DNA of 63,036 bases, the filler included, from Chrysochromulina tobinii (Eukaryota): NCBI GenBank assembly GCA_001275005.1. It is 12 parts of 12 records of this genome, joined end to end, with 100 filler letters (N's around TTAATTAATTAA, not from the genome) between each part and the next. Parts side by side here need not be neighbours in the genome. Positions count along the whole stretch, not along the records: positions 1 to 3,143 come from JWZX01000031.1; positions 3,244 to 10,997 come from JWZX01000032.1; 10 more parts are not named here. One strand, given 5' to 3'. This document shows positions 1-11,097 of the stretch, one piece after another. The translations under genes and the position numbers were made by a program. Below the pieces are notes generated by a model that saw nothing but the letters and a program-made list of their open reading frames with translations, was not told the origin of the DNA and did not search any database. Position 1 is the stretch's first letter. Each line of letters begins with the position of its first letter.

Positions 1-462
1 AGCAGGCATTGTGGACGCGGTGGCCGCATGGGAGGAAGAGCCATAGGGTATTGGCCTGTTTGCCAATGCGATGGCGGGTGTCATCCCAGGATAATCGGCA
101 GTGGCCACCGGGTTCAGAATCCGTGTCAAGGCAGATGGAGCAGGAAGGGCTGGGGGAAGGAGGTATCGGGGCTGGGCCGTGTGATGTGCAGCGGCCTTCA
201 GAGTTGAAAAGGCTTCGAAGTTGGGGAATGGAAATCGGGTGTGCTGTACCGGAGTTTCGGGCAGGGTAGGGAAGGCTTGGGGGAGGTGGGAGGGATGCAG
301 CCGAGAAGATTTGGGTACGGAGGGCTCGGCTGCGGATCAAATCAGCGGGTTCGGCCACAGGGGGGATGTAGTCAAGGGAGGCCCGTGTTGCCTGGCGAGA
401 AGGGCGATCAATCCAGGCAATCATCAAAGTGGCAATCAAGGACTCGACTCGGATGTATGCTG
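1..462 (-). mobile_element. Inverted, diverged copy of 1202-1663 (second copy of the same retroelement family)
   Basis: The reverse complement of 1-462 is colinear with 1202-1663 (both end pairs sum to 1664), with scattered substitutions. Confidence 0.92.
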
Positions 463-3143
463 CCAACCACGCCACCCCTCATACCCACGCCCACCAACCC
501 TCCGTCCCTTGGTCCTTTCTGGGATACCCCGTCTCACCCCCGTACACGACGACCTTCCACCCTCCACCCCACCTTCCACACAGATACCCCGCATACCACA
601 CACCGCCCCCGCCCCTCACACCCCGCCACCTCTCACTTATCCCCTCCCAACACCGCGACCTCACCCTCCCTTGATTGGATATCGATTTCATCATCTCTTC
701 CCCCTCGTCCCCCATCATTGAGAGCCCGACCCGATCTCGATGCAAACCTCAGCCTCCTACGACCACAACTCCACTGCGGTCCAACCCGATGGGCCGCGAA
801 ATCCTTTTCCTCTTTCCCTCCCCCCTGGGCCTCGATCGATTTCCTATCCTGGCTGCGGATGCCCATCATTCTGGCCGCGATCGGCCATCCCTCGGGTGAT
901 TTCATCCTCGAATCCCTCACCAATCCCCGCCTCTTAGCCCGCCCAACCTCTGAGGGCGGCATCGGCTGCATCCCCTCATACTCCATCTCCCTCGATCCCT
1001 TCCTCTCCCCTGCTCCCTTTCTCGCCGATCCCACCTCCTCTCCCCTACCCATAGGATTCCTCATTCATGCGATGCGACTCTCCCTCTCTGATTTCCGACT
1101 TGATCTCCCAACCCTCATCTCCCATTTTGATGGCCACCTTCACCTCCCCGCCCTCCTCCAAGACACTCTCGCCGGGAGTGCCGTCGGCCAACCCCACTGC
1201 TCAGCATACATCCGAGTTGAGTCCTTGATTGCCACTTTGTTGATTGCCTGGATTGATCGCCCTTCTCGCCAAGCAACACGTGCCTCCCCTGACTACATCC
1301 CCCCTGTGGCCGAACCCGCTGATTTGATACACAGCCGAGCCATCCGTACCCAAGTCTTCTCGGCTGCATCCCTCCCACCTCCCCAGAGCCTCCCCTACCC
1401 CGCTCGCAACACCGGCACGGCACGCCCGATTACCATTCCTCAACTCCGAAGCCTTTTCAACTCTGAAGGCCGCTGCACCTCACACGGTCCAGCTCCAATG
1501 CCCCCATCCCCGGACCCTTCCTGCTCCATCTGCCTTGACACTGATTCTGAGCCTGGCGGCCATTGCCGATTATCTTGGGATGACACCCGCCATCGCATTG
1601 GCAAACAGGCCAATACCCTATGGCTCTTCCTCCCATGCGGCCACCGCGTCCACAATGCCTGCTTCACACAAGCTGCCTGCTTCCACCCTGCTGATGATGC
1701 CCACTCTCATGCAGCGCTCGCCTGCCCCGTTTGCCCCTCATCGCCCGACGGTTCTCCCCCCTTCGTCGCGGGCGTCCTCCCCGGCTCTCACGACCTCCAC
1801 CTCAACCTCCCCCGCCCTATCCACTCCCCCGCACTCTCCTTCACCCTCACACCCCTACCACACAAACCTCCCCCTCCACCCATCCTTCCATCTCCCGAAC
1901 CAGACCACCCTCGACGAAACACCTACTGCCCCTTCTCTGGCCTTGTCCCATGCACCAAGGCGGCGGAGGCGGTGACCGGCGGGATGACCAAGAGGACGAT
2001 GACGACCCCCCTCTTCCCCCTCATCTCCCACCCTTCGAACCTGATAACCCAACCGCTTCCCTCCCCACATCCCTCGACTCCATTCCCGAAGCCGCCTGGG
2101 CCACCCTTGGGCTTAATGATTCTGATGTGATTGCCCTCGAACGACGCTTACTCGACTTCAGTACCTCTCGCAAGCTCTCCTCCTCACAGCGTGCAATGCT
2201 CGATCACTGCACGACAATCACGGCCGAAGCGATATCGGCGGCCTCATCCCAAGTTGCCGCCCGCTATTACGCCCTCTTCCACCTCCTACCGCGCATGCTC
2301 GTCACCGAGACGTCCCTCCGAAGAGCCAAGGCTTCTGCCCCCCGACCCTACTGGAGCCAAGGCAAGAAAAAGCAACAACAACGTCATCGACATGCCTCCT
2401 CGACCCATGAGGACACCGTCTTTCGCTCAAGATGCTACGCCTTCCTGACGGGCAACTGGGCTCCCCTCCTAGCAGTTCACCCATCCGCACGTCGTATCAC
2501 ACATGCGACAGATGACAAGAAACTTTCTCTCGACATCCTCGCCCTCGTGCACGGAGGACAACTCAGCCGTGCCATGGCCCGCGCCGACGCGATGGCCCTT
2601 GCCGAGCCCGTCGCCTCGACCATCGCCGCACTCAGAGCCCTCCACCCCCCTGATGACCATGCCCTTCACCCTGATAGCTCACCCCCTCCTCCGATTTGTG
2701 ACTACGCCCCTCCCGACCCACCCCTCGAGCCTCTCTCACGTACTCACTTCCATGAAGTATGGCTCCGCAAACTCCCCAAACTCTCCGCTGCTGACCATGG
2801 CGGCTGGCGCTATGAGTACCTCTCCTCCGCTTACCGATTCCTCTCTACCACACGCCCTGATGCCCCCCCCGGCGCCCCAACCTCCTAAGCTCCTTTATCC
2901 CCGGCCGAGGCGCTGACGCCCTCTTCAATCTCGCCTCCACCATCTTCGATGGCCACATACCCGCGTCTGTGCGCCCCTGGTTCCTTGGCGGCCGCCTGAT
3001 TGCCCTCTCAAAGGACGGTGACGACCCATCACTTGATGAGACGAAGCGAAAACTACGGCCGATCGCTATTGGCTCAACCCTCGGTAGGGCTGTGTCGATG
3101 GTCGTGGCCAGACAATACAAAGATCGATTTGCGGCGTATCTCC
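463..3143 (+). mobile_element. Non-LTR retrotransposon (CRE/SLACS-like) fragment: RING finger, then start of the reverse transcriptase; two frameshifts; truncated by contig end
   Basis: CSICLD...LPCGHRVHNACF...CPVC RING in ORF 241-2130. DHGGWRYEYL in ORF 1731-2888. RLIALSKDG...KLRPIAIGSTLGR in 2969-3143 resembles the first RT motifs of early-branching non-LTR elements. Confidence 0.75.
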
Positions 3144-3243
3144 NNNNNNNNNNNNNNNNNNNNNNNNNNNNNNNNNNNNNNNNNNNNTTAATTAATTAAN
3201 NNNNNNNNNNNNNNNNNNNNNNNNNNNNNNNNNNNNNNNNNNN
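3144..3243. other. Artificial contig-joining spacer (first of 11; all coordinates in summary)
   Basis: N-run + TTAATTAATTAA (stop in all six frames) + N-run, identical 100-nt layout 11 times. Confidence 0.99.
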
Positions 3244-3335
3244 CGACCCGACAACGGGTCGCGGTGATTCATGTACAAACATGAACATAAACACGACGCC
3301 GCGGCGGCAAGCCACACCGACAACGTCTCTCGGCA

Positions 3336-3655
3336 GTGACAGGACCGGCGAGGGCCTCCCTCGCCTCGACAAGCGCGAGCGCGCGGTCTCGCGACGCGCG
3401 CTCGAAGGGCAGCGACAGCAGCGCGCGGAGCAGCAGCCGCAGCAGCAGCAGCGAGCGGCAGTCCCACGACCCGTCAAAGATCGCGGCGACTCAGGTGCGT
3501 CCCCGACGGTGACAGGACCGGCGAGGGCCTCCCTCGCCTCGACAAGCGCGAGCGCGCGGTCTCGCGACGCGCGCTCGAAGAGCAGCGACAGCAGCGCGCG
3601 GAGCAGCAGCAGCAGCTGCTGCAGCGAGCGACAGTCCCGCGATCCGTCAAGGATC
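3336..3655. repeat. Imperfect direct duplication, period about 173 bp
   Basis: GTGACAGGACCGGCGAGGGCCTCCCTCGCCTCGACAAGCGCGAGCGCGCGGTCTCGCGACGCGCGCTCGAAG occurs at about 3336 and 3509. Confidence 0.9.
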
Positions 3656-4569
3656 GCGGAGATCCACGCACGAACATGAGCGCGATGGGCGCGGTGTTCG
3701 AGGTGAGCGCGATGAGCGCGATGCGCACGATGGGAATGCAACGAGCGCGACGGCGCGCACAAAGAGTCAATCCCCTGTAAAGGGAGGAGAGTCACCCCTC
3801 CCTAAGTAGGGAAGGAGACGCATTGCAACCGCTCGTCCTGTACCATTCATGGTTCTGGTCGGGTACACATAAAACCTCATCTATAACCACATATGGTTCT
3901 GGGTGTTAGGACCATTGGGATTCAAAGAAAGCGCAGATGGAGGACCGTTGGAGAAGGGTACGTAGCGCTAATAGCGTTATGCTCCCGGTCCCGGACACGG
4001 GGACCTCACCTACCCAATGGTCCGCACTCCCGAGAGGAAGTGCTAACCCGACGGGCATCCAAATGACCGATCCCCCCCTGTCTAGTACGTACCGTACCAC
4101 GACCGCTGTGTCCCCGCGTGTGTGACACAGCAGCAGAGCGGCGCGAGAAGGCGCGACGAAACCCTATCAATGGGCTTATACAACTTTGCACGCACAGGAG
4201 TTGCAGAAGTAACGCCAAACTCGTGTAATACATTGTAACCGATGGTGTCAAACCACGCCGACACGAACATTGACAATACAAGCCGTACGGGTGTGCAGAC
4301 AATAATTCTCCCCACCGCACACACAACATCAAGACCGCCCGAATAGAGTTCCAAACATGAACGTACGACAGGACCCGTGAGGACCCGCGTGGACGCAAAG
4401 CGGCAGAACACAAGAGAGATAGCGTGGGAGATGAAGGGTGACCGCACGAGCGCTTCGAACCGGCGAGGAATGGGGGAATCAGGTGCGGGTAAGTCGTCGC
4501 GTCCACAAAACAGCCGCACGTGCGGCCGAAGGAGCGCCGTGGTGAGCGCCACGTCATCATCGCTCGTGC

Positions 4570-5592
4570 TTAAGTCTGCTCGACGAGGACGATGATGCGA
4601 ACGGCGGAGGTGGCCGGCTGTGCGCCACTGTCGGCGCCCTCGCCGTCCATGGCCACCTCGGTGAACTCGGGCCGGAAGCACAGGTCGATGGCTTCTTCCT
4701 CAACGTACTGACGAGCGACGGCGATGGCCTTGATGGCCTGGTTGACGGAACCGGCGCCGATGGCGGTGAGCTCGACGCGCGAGCCCTCGCGCGTGCACGA
4801 GGCGATGGCGCCCGCGAGCGCCTTCGCGTCCGTCGAGGAGGACACCTTGAGTGATCGCCCCTCCTTATCGACCGATGTGCGCCGCGAGCGCTTGATCAGT
4901 TTCAATTCGAGCGCCGAGAGCGTCACGTCGTCTTGCCCGGGCTCGAGCTTGACGAACTCGGGGTAGACGACAATGTCGGGGTGCTGCGTCGCGCCGCCCT
5001 CGTTGGATTGCGCCAAGTACGTGCGCGCGATCGCGATCGCCTTGATCGCCTGGTTGGTCGCGCCCGGCCCGATGCATTGCAGCGTCGGGCACTCCACCGC
5101 CGCGCGCCCCTGCGCCGCGATCTGGCAGGCCACGTCTCGCGGGTTTGTATTCTGGCCGACCTTGGTCGTATTGCGCGCCGCGCCGCCCGGCCGCAGGATG
5201 CGGTCCCAAAAGTCTGCGAGGCCAAGGCAGAGCGGCGATCCAGGCAGGCGTCAGAGGAAGATGCACAGCAGAGCAAGTTGCAGGGGGCGGATCGCATCGT
5301 GCGCGGCGCGAGCATTCGGAGACCGCGCACCCGAGCCTGGTTTCATGTCCTCCGACGGTGGACGACGCGACGCGTGCTGGCCAGGGCCGCTTCTGTTGCC
5401 ACCACCGCCGCCGCCACCACGGCCCCCCCCGCCGCCGCCGCCGCCGCCGCCGCCGCGGCCGCTGCCGCCTGGCATCCGAGCGCTCGTCGGACGCGACTGC
5501 GATCCTCGAGCGCTCTGAAGCGGCGGGTCGCTCACGTCAGGCGCCGTCGCCTTGCTGCCGAAGTTCGCAGGCAGGCCCGCGTTCGCCGCCAT
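4570..5592 (-). CDS. Protein with a Gly/RGG-rich N-terminus and two tandem SpoVS (Alba-like fold) domains; exons 5592-5331 and 5213-4570
   Basis: LKVSSSTDAKALAGAIA...ELTAIGAGSVNQAIKAIAVAR...DLCFRPEF...SAVRIIV closely follows the bacterial SpoVS consensus. The upstream copy has CIGPGATNQAIKAIAIAR. A GT-AG phase-1 intron (5214-5330) joins the two ORFs in frame. Confidence 0.88.
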
Positions 5593-5715
5593 TTCGACTT
5601 TTCTTTCCCGTGAAGGCAGAGATGCGAACTGCCAGAAAAGTCGTCATCGGCGGCAGTCAGCCGAGCGACGACGCACGCCCACTCGCTGTTGACAAAATCT
5701 GTCCAAAGACAGAAA

Positions 5716-7518
5716 ATGGGTCCTTCTCCGCTTCCCACGACCGTGCTCACCGGCTTCCTCGGCGCGGGCAAGACGACCCTGCTCAACCACCTTCTCACCA
5801 CCGCGCGTGGCGTGCGCATCGGCGCGCTTGTCAACGAATTCGGCGCCGTGGACATTGACACCTCGCTGCTCGTGTCTGAGCGTGCCATCTCAACAGGCGT
5901 GGTCGAGCTGTCGAATGGGTGCGTCTGCTGCACGATCAACGAGAGCCTCTGTGAGGCGGTCGCGGAGCTGCTCGCGCGCCGCGCGGATCTCGACCACCTG
6001 GTCATCGAGACCACTGGCATCGCCGACCCGCAGCCCGTGCTCGATACTCTCCGGCTGCCACGCTTCGCCTTGGCGCTGCGCGTCGATGCGATCGTGACCG
6101 TCGTCAACGCCGAGAGGTTTCTACGCAGCCTCGCGGCATCGGCCTCTCCCGTGGCTCCCACCGCTCCCACCAACGCCATCGCGCCGGCCGCCGCCGACGA
6201 GTCTGAGTGCGAGCGGCTGCAGCTCGCCGCCGCCGACTTGCTCGTCGTGAACAAGAGCGACCTGGTGAGCGCTGAGGAGTTGCGGCGCGTGCGTTCCGCG
6301 CTCGCCGCGGCGGCACCGCACGCGCGCCAGCTGCAGTGCCAGCACGGCAAGGTCGCTGCCGAGCTGCTCCTCACGATAGGCAACAACGGCGGCGCCAACG
6401 GCGATGGCTGCCCGCGCGCCGACGCCGAAACGGCCGTGGGCGGCGGCGGTTACCGCGCGAGCTCCCGCGCGAGCTCCCGCGCGAGCTCCCGCGCGAGCTC
6501 CACGGCGGCCACGGACGGCGGCGGCTCCGCCAGAGAGCCCGCTTGGGCGCAGCAGCGCCCGACGCAGCGCTCGCTCTCTTCACACCTGCAGTCTTCACAC
6601 CTGCAGCAGGATGGTTTCGTCAGCATCTCGTTTCGATCCAACGGCCGGCTTCGGCTGGCGCCCTTCGAACGACTGCGCCGCTCGGCGGCGTGGGCGTCGG
6701 TGGTGCGCGCCAAGGGGTTCCTGAGCTTCGTCGAGTGCGCGGGCCACCGCGTGACCCTCCAGCAGTGCGGCCGGCGTGTCGAGGTATGTACGAGCCTGTG
6801 CGCTCCTGGCGACGAGGGCGGCTGCACCTTCGTGCTCATCGGACAGCCGCCGGCCATGGTGCCCGAGCTGCTGCTGCGCGAGCTGCGCAAGTGCGAGGCG
6901 CCACCCGACGACCCGACGAGCACGGCCACGGCGCTCGCGGGCGCGCCCGCCACGGCGCTCGCGGGCGCGCTCGCCACGGCGCCATGTGGGCCCTGTGCCG
7001 AAGAGGATACTGCCGACCGACCGGTCGAGGGCATCGCCCACGGCAGCGCCCAAGGCAGCGCGGACGAGGCGCCGGAAGTGCCCACCACAGCGCCGGACGG
7101 GCTCGCCAAGCTGTGCGCCGACTTCGTCCAGTACATGCGGCGCGATCAGCGCTTCGAGGTCGAGGGCGTCGAGTCGGGCGCGCTCGTGACGGCGCTCGTG
7201 CGCTTCCGCTTACTGGGCTGGTACAGCGTGGCTGGCGATACCCTCACCGCGGAGCTGCGCGAGGCTGTGAACAGAAGAGGTCACGGTGTGAGCTGGCTCG
7301 CGTCGTGCCACGTGGCGCCCGTGACGGCGCCATCGGAGGGCACGAGCCACACGCTGGTGCTCATGCAGCCACTGTGTGGGGGGCACGCGGAGGAGGCGTT
7401 GCACCGATGGGCCGACGTGCAAAGAGCCGCCGAGGGGGTCATGATGTCCCACCTCGGCGAGATAGTCTGCGGCGGCTGCGACTGCCTAGAGACGCTCGCC
7501 GGTAAGGTGCTCACATAG
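5716..7518 (+). CDS. COG0523/CobW-family (G3E) metallochaperone GTPase with a CobW_C domain and an extra C-terminal domain
   Basis: TGFLGAGKTTLL, NEFG, GCVCCT, ETTG, NKSD and VRAKG motifs in canonical order. Confidence 0.93.
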   Translation: MGPSPLPTTVLTGFLGAGKTTLLNHLLTTARGVRIGALVNEFGAVDIDTSLLVSERAISTGVVELSNGCVCCTINESLCEAVAELLARRADLDHLVIETTGIADPQPVLDTLRLPRFALALRVDAIVTVVNAERFLRSLAASASPVAPTAPTNAIAPAAADESECERLQLAAADLLVVNKSDLVSAEELRRVRSALAAAAPHARQLQCQHGKVAAELLLTIGNNGGANGDGCPRADAETAVGGGGYRASSRASSRASSRASSTAATDGGGSAREPAWAQQRPTQRSLSSHLQSSHLQQDGFVSISFRSNGRLRLAPFERLRRSAAWASVVRAKGFLSFVECAGHRVTLQQCGRRVEVCTSLCAPGDEGGCTFVLIGQPPAMVPELLLRELRKCEAPPDDPTSTATALAGAPATALAGALATAPCGPCAEEDTADRPVEGIAHGSAQGSADEAPEVPTTAPDGLAKLCADFVQYMRRDQRFEVEGVESGALVTALVRFRLLGWYSVAGDTLTAELREAVNRRGHGVSWLASCHVAPVTAPSEGTSHTLVLMQPLCGGHAEEALHRWADVQRAAEGVMMSHLGEIVCGGCDCLETLAGKVLT

Positions 7519-8883
7519 ACTTTGGGCGCGCCGTTCTTAAAACGATGCTGGCCGCGAAGCACCTAGTGTCATTCGCCATGCTTCGCGCGCCCCAAACCCA
7601 TACCCTTAACCTGGTGATTACGGTTGAGATGGCGTGATTGAGATGGCGTAATTTATCGAAATTTGTCACACACGGTTCGAAATTATAGCCTCGAAATTTC
7701 CTATGGCAGCCATTCGAAACTCTTGGCAACCCCAAGGCGGCACATACTTGAAGTGCTCGGCGCTCGTATGAAACCCCCAGACTGGGAAAGTTAGAGCACA
7801 GTGCACACACGGCGCGCGCGGTCTCGTGTCGAGATGTCGCGCTCATTTGCGCGTAAAAGTATATCACTTGTCCCAGGGAAAAGGTCAATGAACGAAACCC
7901 TTTCTCTTTCAGAGGTTTTTTGGGCGCACAATCCATCAATTCGCGACGCTGCCGCGTCATCGTGCTCGGCTGCCGGCTCCGGCGCCACTTGCGCCTCACG
8001 CACCTCGAGCGCACAGGACAGTGCACTGGCCGCGATGCTCATCCTCGCCATGCTCTCTGGGCGCATTACTACGGATTCAGAATCTGGCTCGAGCGTGTTG
8101 CAGCCTCCTGCGCCTCGGCTCCAACTGGTGCCGCACTAGCGACGAACAGTGCCGCGGCAGGCGCGTCGGCAAGTCGATCCGGGCGCAAACGGCCAAGCAC
8201 CATCAACCCGCCGCCTTTGCGAGGGTCGCAGATGCGCAACATCCTGCGATGCCTCGCCAGCGCTGGGAGAACTGGTGGCGGGCGCAGCGCCAGCAGCAAC
8301 AGCAGCCGCTACGGCCGCAGTCGCAGCAGGAGGAGCAACAGCAGCAGCATGACACAGTGGACCTGTGCGTCAAGGCGGTCGAAGCCGCTGCTGCCTGCAA
8401 AGCTGCAGCGAGCAGGCTTGTCAGCCTCGTGCGAGGCCGGCTCGATGTACGTGCTCGCTCACGTTCGCAGATCGACGCCAGCGGCGCTCGTGCCGCTGCT
8501 GCTGCGCGCTGCGGCTTAAGCTGCGGCACGATGGCACGGACCATCTCTGCGTATGTGTTGAGAGCACGCGCGCGGGCGGCGACCCACACTGTGGCATGCG
8601 CGTGCGCGCCAGAGACCGTAAGGGATGTATGCATTACTCACATACCTAAAACACAGCAAGACTGTATGCGACTTTAGAATGAGCCTCGCACCGGTCGTGA
8701 CAAAGCTATACAGTCGGAATCCAACCGAACCGGCAGCGTATACACGACACTGTCACTGAGGGTACGCACCGGCTGATTAGCGACACTGATTAGTACACTG
8801 ATCAGTACGGGCTTAGTACGGGCCTCGCTGCCTCCGCCCTCGCCCTCGCCGCCGCCGCCCTCTCCCCGGGGCTTGATGCCCGA

Positions 8884-10671
8884 TTAGATCTCTCCGGCCA
8901 GTTTCTTTGCTTTGTTGCGCGCATTCTGAAGGCGCTTGTTGACCACATGAAGCGTGAGCGCCGGAATGGATTCGGTGGCGATCATTTTTTGGAGGATGGG
9001 CTTTCCTGTCGCGGCACTCAAGCCGCCGAGTTCCTCGACGGCGGCGTCGAAGCTCTGTGTGAGTTGGAGAGACCACCAGAAGCGGCCGCGCTTCTCCGCC
9101 GTCTCCTGTTTCATGTTGAACGTCTTGTCGAGATTCCCGAAGCCCAGCACTCGGCCGCAGTGCTCCATCGCGTCCTCGGCGCTAACGGCCTCCAGCGCGC
9201 CCTCTGGCACGCCGCTCAGTACCAGCTCCTCGCGCCCTCGCGCCGCGCAGCTCGCTATGCCGCCCGCCGCGCCGTATTCGAAGCCCAGCACTCGGCCGCG
9301 GTGCTCCATCGCGTCCTCGGCGCTGACGCCATCCAGCGCGCCCTCTTGCACGCCGCTCAGTCCCAGCAGCTCGCGCCCTTGCGCCGCGCAGCTCGCTATG
9401 CCGCCCGCCGCCCTAGCCTCCGGATCCGAGGTCAGGTAGCCACGGAACGTCGACGACGCCAGCGCGAGCGCCTCGAGCCGCTCCGTCGGGATCGGCGTGC
9501 CAGCGAGCATGGCGGCCAGGTCGAAGGCGCCAAGGAAGCGTGTCTTCTTGTCCAGGTCGTGGAGCAGCACCGCGTGCTCGGTGCGCGCCGCCGCGACGAC
9601 GCCCTGCTCCTCGCCCAGCATCGCCGCCGTCCACTCCATCTCGACGGTGCCGGTCGGCGTCTCGATGACGTCGTGGAGCACCGCCGAGCGCTTGCCGTGC
9701 TCCACCGCCCAGCGCTTGATGCAGCCGCGCCACGCCTCGTAGCTGTACACGCCCATGGCGACCGTGGCGCGCACGCCGAGGACATTCTTGAAGAACTCGA
9801 GCATGGCGTGCGCTGCTTCGAAGGCGCCCTCGAGCGGCGCGAGGACGTTGCCCTGGAGTCTGATCGGCTGCGCCTCCTTGAACGGCACGATTTGGGCGTA
9901 TGTGTTGCCGAAGCCGACGCCGTCCGCGTACGGGCCGAGGGCGAGCAGCATGGCGCGGAAGATCTCACCCGTAGCGCCTAGCGGTTGCGCCGCCCAGTCG
10001 GCGCCGTCGACGTGCGCGAGCTCGGGCATGTCCTCGCCCTGTGCCGCCGCCGCCGCGTTGATCTTCGCGATGCACGCCTCGAGCGTGTGCGTCGGTGCGC
10101 CGGCCGGCGCCTTGCAAACTCCCGCCTCCGTCGGCTCCTTGAGGCTCACCAGTAGAGGCGTGTGGTCGCCCTTGCGAAAGGCGCGTAGCCCCGCTGTCAG
10201 CGCAGCGAAGAGCTTCTTATCCTTGTAGAAGTCGAATCCGCGGAGAGCGTCGAGCAGCTCCTCGAGCGCGAGCCGCTTCTGCTCCACGGTCGACGAGGGC
10301 GGCGTGCCACGAACACCGAGCCCGGCGACGAGCGGGGCGATCTCTGCCTCCGTCCAGCCCTGCGCCTTGAGCTGGTGCGCAACCGAGGCGCGCAGGCGCG
10401 CCAGCTTGACCCCGTGCGGGTCACGCCACGAAAATGTGACGGCGACGCTCTCAGCGTCCCCGCCGGCGCCGGCCGCGACGCCCTGCGATGGCTGTGCGGT
10501 GTCTGAAATCGTAGCGCGACCGCTGGCCTCCGCTGTGTCGGTATCTCCGGCGCGGGACCGTCTGGGCCGGTCCCCACCACCCTTGGGCAACGTCGTCCCG
10601 CCGGGCAGGTCCTCGGACTTGTCGTCTTCGACCTCGCGGGGGTCGCTGCGTCGGCGCTTCATCGTCGACAT
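8884..10671 (-). CDS. 595-aa protein with two 47-aa internal repeats and a C-terminal degenerate GARP/SHAQKYF-class Myb domain
   Basis: RFWWSLQLTQSFDAAVEELGGLSAATGKPILQKM...LTLHVVNKRLQNAR resembles the GARP pattern RLRWT.ELH..FV.AV..LGG...ATPK.IL..M...LT..HVKSHLQKYR. The 141-nt-period repeat lies at 9139-9271 and 9280-9412. Confidence 0.7.
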   Translation of the reverse strand: MSTMKRRRSDPREVEDDKSEDLPGGTTLPKGGGDRPRRSRAGDTDTAEASGRATISDTAQPSQGVAAGAGGDAESVAVTFSWRDPHGVKLARLRASVAHQLKAQGWTEAEIAPLVAGLGVRGTPPSSTVEQKRLALEELLDALRGFDFYKDKKLFAALTAGLRAFRKGDHTPLLVSLKEPTEAGVCKAPAGAPTHTLEACIAKINAAAAAQGEDMPELAHVDGADWAAQPLGATGEIFRAMLLALGPYADGVGFGNTYAQIVPFKEAQPIRLQGNVLAPLEGAFEAAHAMLEFFKNVLGVRATVAMGVYSYEAWRGCIKRWAVEHGKRSAVLHDVIETPTGTVEMEWTAAMLGEEQGVVAAARTEHAVLLHDLDKKTRFLGAFDLAAMLAGTPIPTERLEALALASSTFRGYLTSDPEARAAGGIASCAAQGRELLGLSGVQEGALDGVSAEDAMEHRGRVLGFEYGAAGGIASCAARGREELVLSGVPEGALEAVSAEDAMEHCGRVLGFGNLDKTFNMKQETAEKRGRFWWSLQLTQSFDAAVEELGGLSAATGKPILQKMIATESIPALTLHVVNKRLQNARNKAKKLAGEI

Positions 10672-11097
10672 CGGTAGTGGCCGGCGGCGCTTCTGACGCG
10701 AGCGCGAGTGAGCGCCCGCGCGCTCCGTCGGGCGTTTTCTTCAAGTGGAAAGCCACACGACCGTCCTGTCGAATCCCCGCGAAGCCAAGTGAGTCGTGTG
10801 CTCGCCTTCCGATCTTAGCGCCGTTCTGGTCTTTCGTACGTCGTTCAATGATCCGGAACGCAGGAAACGATGTCGCGCTTTTGCGGCGAGCTCGTGTCCG
10901 ACCATCGATGAAAAGCTCTTGCCCGCAATAGGGTGAGCGGGACGAGCTCGGCATGCGCCGTCAATGGACTCCATTCTGCCGTACGGCTTGCTGGCCTNNN
11001 NNNNNNNNNNNNNNNNNNNNNNNNNNNNNNNNNNNNNNNNNTTAATTAATTAANNNNNNNNNNNNNNNNNNNNNNNNNNNNNNNNNNNNNNNNNNNN

